Part shown: in pieces, positions 27,881-43,700 of the stretch
Numbering within the stretch: position 1 is the first letter of the stretch
How the letters are laid out: each line of letters opens with the position of its first letter
NCBI GenBank assembly: GCA_030141605.1
Contig: JAQGDQ010000111.1
Location: forward strand, 186,001 to 250,000
Direction: 5' to 3'
Length of the DNA stretch: 64,000 nt
Origin: Tubiluchus corallicola
Lineage: Eukaryota; Animalia; Priapulida
Position numbers and translations under genes: made by a program
Notes under the pieces: generated by a model
Told to the model about the DNA's origin: nothing
Databases searched by the model: none
The model's input: the letters and a program-made list of their open reading frames with translations, nothing else

Positions 27881-30800
27881 CTAAGCAGTGGAGGGAAGCC
27901 AAAGAAATATTTGGTATTGCCTTTACGCCACTTTAGTCTGTCTCCATAGTAGCTGCATTAGTATCCTGTTAATTATCATACCGTAGTGGCTGAAACTTGA
28001 TAATCTGTGCTTCTGTTTTATAACAAAAATCCCATCATTTTGTTAAAATGATACTTAAATGATGCGTTTGTTAAATCTACAATAAACTTGGTGTTCTAGT
28101 TGGTTGATTGTATGATCTAATACGAATATAATCGTTTACATAAATTTTTCAAGTTCTGAAAAAGAGTTTTGGTAAGGTGTTCTAATGCAAGGAGTTGCAG
28201 ACAACAAAATACTGTTTTAAAGATTCTTAAAATTTAAATTTAAAAAATCTTTAAATGACCCGCATAACGAAATACTTTAGGTCTCTCATTCTGTCTTTCG
28301 ACTTCTCTCCAGAAGCAGTCTTTTAGCAAAGTCAATAAACATCAGAGTTTTTGCCTCGCGGCTAGTTCTTGTACGTCTTCCGTAAACATCTTTGTTTTTG
28401 CGACGGCATCTTGCCGTACCAACAAACAGCGTCATGTTGTTGGTTGATTGAGCGCTATTAGAGGCGTTTTTATCATTCACAGTGAAGCATTCTGAGGCGA
28501 AGAACCCAACACTAGCAATACAGCTGATAACAACCATGTGTCAGTTTGAGTTTCAGGAAGGATCTAAGAGATGGTTACCCAACGTGTTTTTTCTTACATG
28601 TGCTTGATGCTTGTGTATGCAGACGACATTTCTTTGTTATCTAAGTGCAGTACTGCAGAACTGCATATTTGTTGCTCACGAACTTGGTGACCCATACCAA
28701 GTCTCACCTACCCGAATGCCCTGTCAACGTTATTATTATTGTCTGATGCTACGACAAAGCACATTTAATTTGATGAGCACTTGCAAGACACTCAAAAAGT
28801 TGTTTGGGGTGGGGGGTGTGGGGTCGTACTTTAGACCAACATACAGCGACTCATTGCAAGAGTCCCAAGACCAACTAGCCCATTTCCAGCTCTGCAGTAC
28901 TAGCACTGCAAAACCTCTGTCGACTCCATTCTTTGATGCCGCTAGTTTATACATAGTGTTCTGAATAATATTGTTTAAGACTAACTGGACAAGGGGTAGT
29001 TGAATTGTAATGATTGCGTTTTAGTCTTGTGGATATTAGTTTGGCACTTCACCAGTCTTTTATCTGCACATCCCCTGTCCTATTCTGATGAAGAGCTCCT
29101 TTACATTAACGATTACCTTTCCACAATAGCTTCTTGTGAAGTAGAATTTTGTGATTATTACATCGACGTGTCTTCAATGCTTAGCATTCAGTGGTAGGGC
29201 CAACTTAATGTTAATGGAAGTTGAGTAACAAAGCTGTTGATAAATATTTCCTTGTACTTATTGTTATTGTCTTTTACAGCTCAAAACACTGTGTAATTAA
29301 CAATTAACTCTTTACCATTCGTTTTAACTTTCTTGCACCTTCATTTGGTTTCATCAAATTTCTTCCATGTTTATTTATGTTTTTCCGGGCGCTCGGAAAA
29401 CAAGTCGAGCGACCAGGATTGAAATCAAACCATCACCGCTCGCTGCAGTGAGCAATAATAATCAAAATAGCAATATCGTGTAGTGTTGACAATGCGTCAT
29501 TCGACTGATTGGGTCTGTGGCTCGATTACGTTTGTTGCCGCATCATGGCTTTCACCATCCCATTGGGTGATTGCTTACTCGCCACAACCAAAGATCCACA
29601 ACCGTAGATACGTAACACTGGTAGTCATAGTTGCGCAAAGTCATAGATGTGATGACATGACAATGACAGTTATTGCTGTGTATAAGTGAAACCATGAATA
29701 TACACAACACTGAAGGAGCGGTTTAAAATTTTTAGAACATTTTTTTGAGTATTCGTGTCCAGAAAACCGACCAGCACTAGAACATCGTATGCATTAAGAG
29801 CGGACAAAACTGCACACATCAAATTAGTGAAATGTATTTTTAGTTCAAAGACACTATTGCATTCATCAGTCCGTTGTATACATTGCATCTAATTGTACAC
29901 AAAAAATTATGTATATAATTATGTATTTTGTACTGTACATTTTGTTACTGGTTCTTACATATTGTCAGCCAATAAAGAATATATAATATTCTTTATTGGA
30001 TGGCAATATGTAAGAACCAGTTACTCAGCGGCCGAAATTTTAAACGTGGAAACCTACATTTTTGGAGATGGGGTCGGAGTGTTCGTGTTATGGTCGAACA
30101 GAGGTTATACATGTAGTACACTCTCACAGACACGAGCATTTTTGGGATTGAAAATCTTTTTATTTTTTCATGTAGTACAGTTTAGCGTTTGGCGGATACG
30201 TCGACTGTCTAATCAATATTTGTGTTTCCAAAAAAGCACTTTCTAGTCTAGAAACTTTCTAAGAACATCCAGTGGAAGATGTCGGGTTTTTTTATTAGAA
30301 CCGCTTGCCAATGTAAAGGCGCGCAAAACTTTTCAAGTATATGAGATACATAGTTGTATGTTGAGAGGTAGCGCTCCGTTCTTATTTCAGTTTTAATGAA
30401 AATGCCATTAGGAATCTATGCGCAGTATATAACGTTTCGCTATATTCGGAGGTTCCAAGACATTGTTGATATTAACGTTGCGCCATCTAACGATCAAAAA
30501 TCGTGCCAAAAGAATAGGCTATTGTGAATCTGGTGAATCCCGCTATACTAGCAACATAAACAAAACACTAAGTGCAGTGTGGAATAAGTAAACACAGCAA
30601 AGAGGGAACTGGAGATGCATCCAATAGTGACAGTAAACATTGTGTATATTTGTTCACCGTGTCTCTAATGCATCTACCTACCAACCTCCAGGCTATTAGT
30701 CACAGCTATGAAATATTAGTTTTTCCAATAACTGCTTATTTCCCATTTACTATGTGTTATTGAATCTCCTTTTCTTTCTTGAGGTGTGAAGCGTTTAGTG

Positions 30801-33800
30801 GCTGAGGAGAAATTTTGTAAGGCTTCTTAATAACAAATTGATGTGGGTTCTCAACCCAATCGCTGGTAGGGTTTGTCAAGAGTTTTTCAACACTTGGTAG
30901 GATGACGTTTGATGAGTCTATTTTGTCGTCATCGTTTCATTTTCGATGACGACAGTTTTTTATTTTTCATTATTGTAATTTCCGTCATTATATTCGTCGT
31001 CATTATCCATTATCATCATCGTTGCAACACGACAGTTAACCTAGCCAACTACCGATTTGGCTAGTTCACATGATCTGAAAAGTGTGGTCTCGTGCATGGC
31101 CTTTCAGATCTTTGGCATTCTTTCGTGTTAAATTATTATAGTTGGTCAAATTTCGCACTTGTGACTTTGGTTCTGAGATGCACATGAACCAACACAGAAA
31201 AAGATTACCTTTATCAGTTCTGCTTTTGTTTCTTTCTGCCGAGCTAAGTCAGTCTTGCTACTAGTGATTTCCGAGCCCTTGTGTTAGGTCCATTTAGGTT
31301 GAATAATTACTCTGATTCCATTAGTCACGAAGTCTTTTGTAAAGATAATTAATAATACTAATTTTAAGCCAAAAAATATTAACAAAACGCATCATCACAA
31401 CCAAGTACTCTTATTCACGGCTTCCTGGCTGACGTCATCATTGAAGCCAGAATCAACAGTGTTCTGAGGTTCGTACAAACAGTCAACTATTTACATTGCT
31501 TGTAGTAAACACTCGGTGGCTCCGTATTTAGGCAAAATTTATGGCTGCAAACGATAATGGCTCTCGTAGCATCGTGTGGCAGAATTGGTAAACAATGTGT
31601 ATTGATCAGTTTGGATGGCTTCACACTGTGGCTTCATTTGAGAAATGAAGCATGGGCATACAAGCAAGTTGCCTTTTGGTGGTGATTCTTCGTTGTGGAC
31701 GTTTGGATTGTGTTGCCTTCGTCATCACCATTGTCGCTATAGGCTATAGCTAATCATCTTTCGGTAGCAGATAGATATAGATAAATCCAGTAGAGTAAAT
31801 CGTCTGTGGATATTACTCTGTCTAACTCCGTTTCCCATAATTTGTTTGCCTTTCAGATTCAATCAAGTGGTACTATAACATTTTGCTTTTATCTCTGTAC
31901 CAGTTAAGATGTGACGCCAGGTTTCAATAATTCATTCCTTAATTTGGTTGTATTATTTTTTTAAAAAGAAAGTCACTGAGTCATTCCTTGAGTCCATCAG
32001 CTAAGACGAAATGTTCTATTTTTATGTTGAGTGGTATTAGGTGTTGAACTGAAAAAATGAATGTTGACAACTGGCAATTTTTCAGTTTCAACGAAATGAT
32101 GAAATTCAGGATAAGCAAATTATGACATGTTCTGGATGTTCTGGAACTTCTTCTGCAACATTTTTTGGAAAATGTTCTTATAATTGACCGAGCACCGTGT
32201 GTGTCGAACCCACTTTGTTGGCGACCAAGCAAGCGTTGTCAAGGTTAAGAAGCGAACTCACTGGAGCATGTGCGATTGTGCAAAACTGTTGGGTCCCAAC
32301 TTCATTTTAGGGTCCTTTGTTGATGATTATTGTTATAGTTTTAAGATAAGCGAAATTTTGTAAGAAACAGTAAAAACGAGTCACGGGCATTAGTATTACT
32401 TAGCTTCTCTCTAGATAAAAATATTTTCTTGCAAGCGTAATTTCGTTTCAAATTTACTATATTGTTTTCCAACATGTCGTATAGCTGACTGCAATTGAGA
32501 CCCGATCATTACGTTTGATCAGTCAAAGAGTTATCGTCTTTCTTTTGCTCGTTTAATGATACCCTATTTTGTTTATTTCTGACCGAACCGAGATGGCGTA
32601 ATTTCCGCTGCTAGAAATTTCATTAATTTGGCGGATTTGGAGGCCTAATTTGTCTAAATTGTGCTCTGTCGTTGTGTTTAATCACAGATTATCGTGGGTT
32701 AGTGAAACGGAAACTAACCATTTGCAAGTTTAAGTACAGTAATTGGTTTAAAGACTTGTGACAATAGGCAAACTGAAAGGTCAGTCTTTTTAAATCAGCA
32801 AAAACAATTGCGTAGCGTAAAAAGTAGTGTGCTAGTTTAGTTTGCTCTATAATTAGATCTAATTAATCACAGTAAAAACATGCAAAGGATGTTAAACTAT
32901 CTGCTCACCATTAGCGAGCTAACTTCGTTTACGTAAACGAAGCTCGAAAACGTCGCTAATTTTGCACTTTGTATTCACTATTATGATTATTGCTTTCCGT
33001 TTAGTTCAGCAAAACAGTAAAATATTGCTCATTTTGCCTGAAAGTACGAAACTTTACATAACGCTGTAACCCATCACGATGATTAACTTGATGTGGAGCC
33101 AATAGAAAACATCCTATGTGGCCGCCATTTTCAACATGGCTGCCGCTAGCCTACGAAGGCCATGTTTTAGCTACTAAACCAATTAGGATGGTGATTTTGA
33201 TGTTTGAATATAACTTTCAACGACAAGGCATCCAAATCTGATGTTTAAAAACCCTTAAAAACCCTTAACCTGTTAGTTCAAAGCATAGTTTACCTACAGC
33301 TATAAAAATCACCCAAGATTCACGTCTAGTACTGTACCTTGCAGAACTATAAAAATCAGTCAAGCACTACCCCATACTCATTGTGATTCGTACACTGCCA
33401 AATACGCTTTCGTTGGTCAACTTTAATTCCTCATTTGTTGTAATGTGTTGTTGAGTGTTACATACCCCTCTTTTACGCACCACCCAAAACTTCCATCCCT
33501 TCCCCTCTTCCCAATAGTAGTCGCTCTGTCGCAGACGCCGTCAATTAGTAGATTTTTTATATAAAAGCTGCGATGATTCACACGCAGAAACAAAAAACCA
33601 CTGTTAGCGCAGCAATAACAATATCATCAGCTTTAAACACAAAGAAAACAACGTGTGAATGCAGTAGCTCTCATCCATAATAATAAGCTAGGGTTATTAA
33701 TAAAAGCGTCAAACTAGCATTGGAGCATCTGCACAACACATATCAGGCAGTTGTGAGGGCAACTTGATTTCAAGACTAATATGGCGCAGACTAGATTAGT

Positions 33801-35619
33801 TAGAAGTATGACATTGTAAAAAATGCACTGAATGTAGTTTAACTTAAACTTGTTGGTAAACATCCGCTTCCAGTCACATTATATTCATTATCAGTTTGGA
33901 ATTATTTGTCAGCAGGAGGTTGTCTGTGCAATAAATGATAAATGCGCGGCGTAGTTGGGTAAAGCACTGAATGAATGAATTAATTACGAGAAATCAGTAA
34001 TTTAACCAGTAAGTCAATTAATTAATCAATAGACCGAAAATGACAAAATAAAGAAACCGTCATCTGTCACACGACCAAACAAATAAAAATATATAATCAA
34101 ATGGAAATAAATTCATTAAACAATTAGTAATCAAACAAACAAACAAATAAACTAAACTAGGAACCACATTGTGAAGTTAGGCTTCTTTTACATTCCTGGC
34201 AAAATCTTTTTAGAGTATTGAGAGAGATTCGTGGTCATATGACTAGAGTCCTCCTTAAATTTATTAGCTACGAATGGTCACTTTTGGCTACTTTGTTTAG
34301 CGCTGTTTAACATCAGTTACTACTCATGCGCGCTTGACCACGAATTTCTTTTTAGGGGATTGAGATGTCCCTAGAACCTTAAACTGTTTTATCGGCTACG
34401 AATAGCTACTTTTGGCTAATTTGAGCAACGGCGTTCACCAACAGCTACTGCGCATGCGCGTTTAGCATCACGAAGCCCAAGCGTGTCTGTTTGTCCGACG
34501 CGCCGCTGACGCTTTTATCCCCACTTGATTCTCGATTAAACGTTATTTTGACACGATCGACTAGCCGTGGTTGGAGAATAAACGCAATGTCACGTAGAGG
34601 CCTGTAAAGCAATACTAACCAAACACACAAGCAAACAAGCGCTTGTTTGCCCAGGGATGGTTGCTATGGCGACCGGCTCTGAAAACTACTTGTGGATGCA
34701 ATTAGTGGTTTTCCTGTGTCCCGATAGTGTAAACAGGACAGAGACAATATCGTTTTATCCCGCTGTTGGTTGTGGTAAATTCTAAAGAAAATTCACTTGG
34801 GGTTTCACGGACGCCATCTTTATTGTTTGGCTTCTTTATTTTTGCTTGACTTATGTAGCCTGATTTTGGCTTCTGTTTTGCTAATTTTTGGCTTCCTAGG
34901 CAAAATATAGGTTGATTGGCTTTAACATTTCCTGTTGTTTTGGCCTTCTTTACATTTTTCTAACCTCAGTAGCAGTTTTTTCGCCTTTTGATTTTTTTAC
35001 TTAGCTTGTAATTTTTTCTGTTGTCTGTTTTACCTCTGTGGCCTTTCTGCTCTTTCGACTTTTTTAATTATTGGCTTCGTTGACTCTTTTGATTTTTATA
35101 CATAACATTTGTCTTTTACAAATTTACAAATTAGTCTTTACAAATTTGATCAACCAATTTTTGGTTTATTTTGTTTTTTTTGGCAACTTCAACTATTTCT
35201 TGGCTTAAAATTTTTTAAGCTTCATGTAACTGGAGGGTTTTCTTGTGCTTCAACAAAAGATTACTCATGTTTATGTGCAGTCACACCAATAACGAAATTT
35301 ATATAGTAGGCAGAATATTTTTATTGTTGCTCATTTAACACTCATATGGTTCCCAGAGCACATAGATTTTAATTAGCAATGAGTTAAAGAAATTCGGTCG
35401 AATTATATTTAATATGCGTAATATAAGTTGGATACATCAATAACAGAGATCCTTAATGGCAGGTAGCCTTATTATATCAAAGTACAAACTTTCGATCTTC
35501 AAAAATGTAAAATATATTAAAACATTCATCTTACTTTGCTTTTGCAGCTTTAGAATTTTGGTAAAATTTCTGTGATTGTTTAGCTTGTAGCTATTATTGT
35601 TTTTTCGATGTCTGTAAGG

Positions 35620-35953
35620 TAGGGTGAACATTCTTTCTTGGAAAACGAATTCGAATCGAATTCGAAGACAGCTTTAAAGATGTTCGAATAAATTTCAAAT
35701 CATTAATAAAAACCAGTTTCGCAAAGACCATGCATATTGCTTGATATTGTTCCTTAGTAAAAGCATTAATATCTGTTTAAAAATTGTGCACATAAATTGC
35801 AGCTAAACTGCGTTGATTACGCGCTGTTTCAAACGTTTTAATGATGAAGAACGTATGTAGTTGAAGTGGTGAATTATTCGAATCAATAATTTTAGCTCGA
35901 ACCGAATTCGAATTAAAATTCGATCTAACTCGAACATTCGATGCTTACCCCTA
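35620..35953. mobile_element. hAT-like MITE (TAGGG termini), copy 1
   Basis: tagggtgaacat...atgcttaccccta ends; perfect 8-bp TSD ctgtaagg (35612-19 and 35954-61); subterminal ttcgaat/cgaatt repeats; homologous to 48591-48962. Confidence 0.9.
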
Positions 35954-36763
35954 CTGTAAGGGCAGCAGGATCAGCTCCAAATTCCGTAATTCTCATGACG
36001 ATCCGTACAGGAACTGAGAAGTTCTCTTTTCCTTGACCACTAAGATGGCAGCTTACATTAGTTGTGTCGTAGTTGTTCTGAGTCTCGTTTTGTTTAATCA
36101 AAAATAAAACGGTGTCGCCTACCACGTGTTTGCAAAATGTGAATAATTCATCAACATTTTCGACAATAGTTACAGCTTCTCGCAAACAATCTGTTGGCTT
36201 AATAAAAGCGCCTTGCACTAGCGTTATTTTCTACTTGCATTATTAACGAGTTACATGACGTTTGGTGATGCTGAATGAAAAGCTTTTTTTGCTTGGCGTG
36301 TAACAATCATTCAGTCTTCGATTCGAAGAGTAACAGACAACAATGCATGTTTGTTTCCCAGACGACAATTTTGACAGTCCTATTTACGTTTTGATGAATA
36401 TCTATTTGTGTAATAGTATCTTTATTTTGTATGTTGTTAAGTTGACACATTTATTAAATTAATTTGCTAATACATAACTTTTGATTAAAAGGTGCTTTCT
36501 TTTGTCGTTATTTCAAAGTACGTGATTGCAATTGCGCGTACATACTACGAATGTATAAAATTTGCACTCGCCGTAAATTACTTCTTAATACTTGTAGGCC
36601 TAATTGCCGTAGAATATTGAAGCCAATTTGTGGTTTACAAAGTATAATATTTTATAATTACAAGACTTTATTTGAGACGATCGATGCAAAAAGTTTGTGT
36701 TGAAAATTCGTCTTTGTTATTGTCATAAAAGTCGATTGTTCAGTAAATGGGCACCACTTAGAC

Positions 36764-37156
36764 CAGGGGTTCTCAACCGGGGGGAATTCCCCTCTTGGGG
36801 GAATGAGCCACCTCCAGGGGGGGAACGAATGGGTGGAAAAATAAAAAATATGTAGAAAAGCAGAGAAAAAAGTACAGAAAGCCTTCATAGCCAACGCAAC
36901 ACACCCTCCTGCGCAAGACGTTTAGATCCGACCACGGACCACCTTTAGATCTCAACAGGAGCAAGCTGCAAGAGTCACACTGAATGTGGTGACCACAGAT
37001 TGTATTATTATTCATGAATAAAAAAATGTTGAAATTAAAAAAATGAATTAAAAAAATGCATGAAAACAATTTTCATTTTGTTTGTGGGCTAGGGGGGAAC
37101 GAGAATCAGCAGCCTTCAAAAGGGGGGAACGGGTCAAAAAAGGTTGGGAACCACTG
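36764..37156. mobile_element. hAT (Charlie-like) MITE
   Basis: TIRs caggggttctcaacc...ggttgggaaccactg; perfect 8-bp TSD acttagac (36756-63 and 37157-64); subterminal ggggggaa repeats. Confidence 0.92.
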
Positions 37157-38149
37157 ACTTAGACGTAGGTCCCTTTGTTCAAAATATTGGATGTTAGAAC
37201 TTGAACCCGTATTTTGCAATTTTATTTTGTACTAACTACTTTTGTTTCGCTTATTAGTGCCCGTCTGCAGTTGACTTAAATTCCGAAATCAAATATGCAG
37301 ACAAACATTATGATAATTAGTGCGTATTTTCTTTCTTAGTTTAGCTTCTATTTATTTAACTTAACTTAATGTTATTTTTACGTTCAATCCTTCATTTACT
37401 TATATAATAAAACTTAGCCACAGCATCCGTTAACTGATAAGCAGAATAATAGTTGTGCAAGTCTGTGAACAAACAGTTACCCGGGCTATTGTTAAAAACA
37501 CTATAATTTTTATATATATTTGTCTTAGTTTCACTGCAATAGTGTATTTGACGTCGCGTATTTTTTATTTGTCTACCTTTGACTGAGTTTCGCTAGTTGC
37601 GTGTTTTCTTCGGATAACTCAGTAAATATTCCAGGCACTTTAAAATTCTCTGCGCTGTGGCAGAAGAACCAGCATTGCATTACAAGATGCTGCCATCTTT
37701 CGCGTGAAATTTGCACTAAACCGTATTTGCTATTTAAGTAAGAAACTAATCATTAGACTCTTGATACAATATAATGACCGGAGATAACGTTAGGCTAGGC
37801 TTATAAGCAATGGCGAAATCATCATCTTACGTCACCAATCACCATTGCTGTCGTCATTGTCACTGATTTTTTCATCAGTTTGTTTTACATTTTCTGTATT
37901 ATGAAGATGAAATCATGTTATTGTAGATGTGATTATCAATGACAAAATGCACTTCCTACCACTGACACTTTCATCATCATCATCAACAACAACATAATTA
38001 CTAACGCTGCCGCTGCAAGCGCTGTTGTCACCACCAATATCTCCATCATCTCCCGCCATGTAGACTTTTACAACCGCTTCTCTAATTAGCACTTACTACA
38101 CATGCTGTTACTTGGTCACTTCTAGTTACAGTGCCCAAATCAACAACAC

Positions 38150-38480
38150 CGTCACCACCATCAGCACAATCATCATCGTCACAGTCGTTGTTATCATCAT
38201 CGTCATCATCATCATTACCATTAATCTTGAGTCACCATCATTATCGTCATTCTTGTCACCATAATCATTATCATTATCATTGGCATCATCGCCACCTTTG
38301 TCTTCATTATTGACGTCATCATCATTTCATCTTTACGATTATCATCATCTTCTTCATGACCATCGCCATCATATTCGTCATTGCAGCTATCGCCATTTTC
38401 ACTATTAACGTAGTCATCATCAGCATGATCGTCATCAGTATTACCGCCACCATTGTCACCATCATCAGCATCATCATTTT
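38150..38480. repeat. Degenerate (CAT/CGT)n low-complexity tract
   Basis: Direct reading. Confidence 0.85.
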
Positions 38481-38597
38481 CGGCACCACATCACCTCATC
38501 TTCTTCACCACCCCCCTATTTAACATTATGCATGGAGCCGACTGCAACAAACATAATCACAAGCAATTATGCATCTGCTTCATCCCACGGGCTAACT

Positions 38598-38711
38598 TGT
38601 TTACTTTCCAGCCTGCATTGTTTACTTTGGGGTTATTATTGCCAGCTGGTTGCCATGGTAACGGGAGGGGAATGATGTCATGAATTATTGCAGCAGATAG
38701 TAATGTAAACA
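38598..38711. promoter_or_regulatory. Intronic Fox + RFX motif module
   Basis: TGTTTAC at 38598 and 38619, X-box GTTGCCATGGTAAC at 38649-62, GTAAACA at 38705. Confidence 0.55.
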
Positions 38712-40507
38712 CCATTGGGATTTGTGGATTATTAGGCGGGTGAGCTATAAGATCTACAAGCAATTACAGCCATCATTTTTTGTGTGTTAGAACATAAAGA
38801 TTACAAAGAAACAAATTATTCCGGATTGATTTTGTTACTCTTTTTTCTTTTCATAATTTCTTTTGCTTCTCTCACTCTAATCTCGCGTTTACTCAGTTTT
38901 CCATTACTTTTTTTAACTTTCATTCACTTTTATTTTTTCTTCCTCCTTTTGCTCATCTTTCCCGTTTTCATCAATTTCTCTCCAGTTTTCTTTTTTATTC
39001 TCCCTTACGTTTCACACTAATTTTCTTTTATACGTTCCTGTTGTCTTCTCTTTGGATTCTGCATTTTGCTCTTGAAATTTTGGTAACAAGAAAATGCACA
39101 AAAATGCAGTTTGCGCAATCTGTTTCTTTAGCTGTTTGAAAGCCATCTGCAGCATTCAGAATTGGAAATGAGCCTCCAAACCTGAGTCGCTTCCTTTCTC
39201 TCTAGCATTACAATAACCTATGCAAAAAATGAAGTTTGTAGTTTTGATCCTGCTGTGTGGTTAATACTTCACTTAATTATGTTGTCAAAAACACTTTAAA
39301 AATTAAAAAAAACGCAAGTTTTGAGCATGGTAACATTGTTTAACATGATCCTTTTAAAATGAAAATTTTTTCCAGCAAGACATCAATTGCGCTGGAGCAC
39401 TTTTTGCCTGGATACTGTGCTGAATGCACGTCCAAGTGACCCGCTACAAAATACTGACCTGAATGACCGATAATTCCCTAACTCTTTCAGCATCAAACTA
39501 TTCAGCTTAAGAGCTGCATCAAAAGTTAACTAAGTGTGGTGGGTACTGAGTGGCAATAGATTAAGTGGATCAGTTTTCTTAAGAGCAATCAGCAATCTAT
39601 GACAAAGATGGTGCTGCATGTAGAGAAGAAGCATTCTGTTTGTGCTTGCACTCATCACTATCAAAGCAGATTGATTATTATATAATTGCAAACTAAAATA
39701 TATCGCCTGTTTTATTTTGTTACATTTAAATGTGAAAAAAGACTTGCAATCATTTGCAAACTTTCGAAGAAGTAAGACAGGATGCGTAGTAACATTTCGC
39801 AATTTAAGAAAAATGCATAATCGGGCCTAGCAGAGCCTAAATGTCATGTCAGCCTCTATTCTTAACCATAATGCACTACGCCTGGCTGCTCCACTTTGTG
39901 TTTGCTTTCCCTCGCGCAACAAGCGTTGATCTCTGATTCTGATTCTGCAGCTCGCGTCAGTCATTCCGCCGATACCGAGCAACACACGTTCGAAGATTGT
40001 TTTAGCTACCCTTGTCTCACGTGAATCATAATGATGTTACCTATTTGTGTGGTGTTTGCTTAAAATTATCTATTGGGTGTTTTTGTCTGCTTAATTTTTG
40101 TTACCATTTTGGACGGTTGGTTATGAGATGTTCGTCACCTGGCTGAGTTTTGATCTCTTTCAGTACGACTGCTTCCTATCTTGCAAAGAAGACTTCCTGA
40201 CCTAGATACCTGGTTGAAGTCGATGTGTTTGTGTTTGTTTGCCTGTGTAATTAGTGCGCGTAAAGTTAATTAAGTTATATCTTATTAAGCCAGCTGCCGT
40301 TTATTTACCTGGACAATTAAATTACGCAACGCGGTTAAATAAGCCTGAATGGAGGCGCGCAGAGATGGAAAGGATGATGTTTGATGGGGTAAATCTGTTT
40401 AGCAAAAGATTCTCTTTCTGTCGTGTGAAACTGAAAACATTTAAGACTTGTTATATGAAAATGTAAATTATTGACCTGATCATTATTATTATAAAAATAT
40501 AATCCTA

Positions 40508-40707
<200 letters not shown>

Positions 40708-43700
40708 GTCCCCGCCATCTCTTCTTTCTGTCCTCTTCTCCCTATTTTCCTTCTCTCTCCTCTCTTCATTCAGGTTTCCTTGGATCATCACGTTTTTCTT
40801 ATTTATATATTTTAACTTTAGTGTATTGCTACAATGCTTTATTTATGAATACAATATATACCATGCACTTTCACCACTTACACGGTGAATTATTTAGTAA
40901 GCCCTGCTGAATAATAGACCCATTTACTTACTGACCTTATTTCGCTCTATTCACCGCACTGCCCTAGCAATAAATGCTTTCGCTTTTACTTCGAACTTTT
41001 TAATTATTATCTTTTTCTAAGCGAAAGTCTGTGCTTTTAGTTCGTATAGTTTCGAATTATCATCATTTTATCATTAGTTACAGCACTTTCCCAAATCTAA
41101 ATCCGTGTTTTTATTCTTCATTAACTGCTTTTTTGGCTTATTGTTAATCACGCTTTAGTCACAAAGTGCAAAATTTTGCAATTCAGTGTGTCCATTTACT
41201 ATTGGCCTAAGAGACAAAAGTCCAGGTTTTATGCATGGACTTGTTTTTCCCGGTTTCATGTATTACAGCTTGCATTGCAACCGTTTTTCAAGCTCTATGT
41301 TTTCTGCCCCAGATTTCAGTGCATTATTAAATTACCTCTGCTAAATAAAGGGCCTAAGTAACGCCTCTTAGGCCAGGCTTTTGATCAACTAAGTCTATGT
41401 AATCCAGTTAATAGGTGTCAGTCTAGCAAGGCAACATGATTTCATATCAGAAGTCAACCGCCCGTCTTTTCCACCCCTGGCTCACTGCCTTTCACTGTGC
41501 AAGTCTTTCACTGTGCAAGTTCAAAATTATAAATTATTAACTAGTTCCTACTTATTAACGGACCTAGTTATTGTCCTTGTAGTACTGCTGCATGGATTAT
41601 TACATGCATACGTAGCAAAATTATGGACTAGCGAGGCAACAGCATCTATTTGTGTATGTCGGTGATGTATTGATTGCTTTGTGTACGTGTCGTGTTTAGT
41701 GAAGCCAGTTGCTGTTGTTTACGTGACGGTGGGCTTCATTCGATATGAATGAAGGTTATGCGGTTTGAGCTGATATGGAATATTGTTTGTGAGGGGAAGG
41801 GAGAGTATGAGAGTGTGACACAAACAAATGCTGGTTAGGTTAGGGTTTAACGCAGTAAGTTTAGAAAGTAATATGAGCTACAATATGGAAATAGAAAATT
41901 GGCATAATGAAATTTATTTAAGAAATATTAAGTTAAAGTTAAATAGTTCAAGTAATCAGTCACTCAGCAGTCCAGCTAGTCAGTTTCTCAACCAAAAAAA
42001 TCTGTTCTGTTGGTAGGTCTTCCTGTTTGTTAAACTTTTTGTCTGTGAAAAACTTTGTAGATGAGTATTTTATTCTAATCTGCCTTGATTTAGTTTTACT
42101 GATAATACTGATTTAGTTTTATTTTTGCCGCGCTGTAGATCGTCTCATAATTTTACATTAGATAAAAAATAAAGATTTGACCATTAACATATGAAATATC
42201 AAAAAAAGTAAGTGTGTTGAAAAGATAATGTTAATAAACTTGACCTTTTGTTTAAACATTCCTGATACAAGAAATGCTTGTTTTCGCTGGAATGGGTTGC
42301 TATTGCTCCTGGTTGCCTTGAGTTGAGCTTAAGGTTAAATAGTTAGTGTACTGTGTTGTGCCATTAACTAGCACGATTCTAGCTTCTGTGCTCGTTTTTG
42401 TCCACCGTTTTTCCATTTTTCTTTATAATTGTTTTTCTCGTTAGTCGCCCATTGCTTGTGTAATCACGTCGCTATGGCAATGGGAGGCTGCTGACTCGCA
42501 ATTAACGCTTCTGTTTGGGCCCGGCGAGGCAATTAAGTATCTTCTTTGTACTGCTGGTTTATCTGTTCAATGCAAGAAGATTCTGACACTTGCCGCGTTC
42601 CTCATGGTGCGCGCTTGCACCTAAATTGTTTGATTATTCCTATTTTCTAGCCACGGCGTTATTATTTTGTTTACGTGCTTTTGTTTAACAGCTGTAAAAT
42701 TATTCACGTGACGCCTTTGTGTGTTTACTGCTAAACAAATCAGACAAAGTATGATGAACTTTTTTGTGCATGAAAGTAAGACACAACAAGCATTATGCAA
42801 GTTTGGGATTTCTTTTGTTTTGTTACTGCAGGAGTTTTTATGAGTATTTTTGTTGTATAAGTATGGTCAGTCACTTTTTCACTGCAGATGGATTGGGTAT
42901 AGAAAACTCATTTTGCACGCCCTTGCGCAGACCAAACTCAGGAGCTGTAGAAAAACCATTATTTTGCAGCTAAACAGAAATACTTGGTGAATTGCAACTA
43001 GGTTCACAAAACATTCTAACATGTTAATAATTGCAACTATTTGTACAAAAAGAAAATGCGTACATTTATCACTTAAATATGTTGACTTATAAAGAGAGGT
43101 CACAATGCACTTAGGCCTATATTATACAACATTTTAGCAACACTTGCCATACTGAACCTTATAATCTGCTGATTTCTGTCTGTTTGCGCTACTCTGATAA
43201 CAAACACCGACGATTTTTATCCATGTTTACATTTGGTCTGTTAGCCTGTTTACTTGTAAACATTGCAAAAATGCATGTCACGTACAGGTGACCTCCATGT
43301 CAGGCTGTTCCAAATAAGGCATTAGGTTCTTCAAGTGCCCTGCCACTGTAATAAGCTTTTTTTCCCGAAATAGACGGCACTTGTAATGCTAGGCTAAAGC
43401 CCTCCCATGAATTAAACTTTTGGGCATTTAAAATCAATTAGCAATTCTGTTTATAATAAAATTGAGATTTTTTTAAGTATTAAGTGCAAAAGGCTTTATC
43501 TTGATATATTCTATGTGAAAAAATTAGGTCCCATTGACTCGAGAATATAGGTCCCATTGACTCGAGAATATGCACAATTATTCTATATATAAAAATGAAA
43601 TATTTGTAGTCTTTCCTGGGTACAGTATTCCGAAAGATCTGCAGTATAGAGAAACAGAGCCTGTGCGCAGCTTTGGTTAATGCACTAAAGCCAAATTAAC

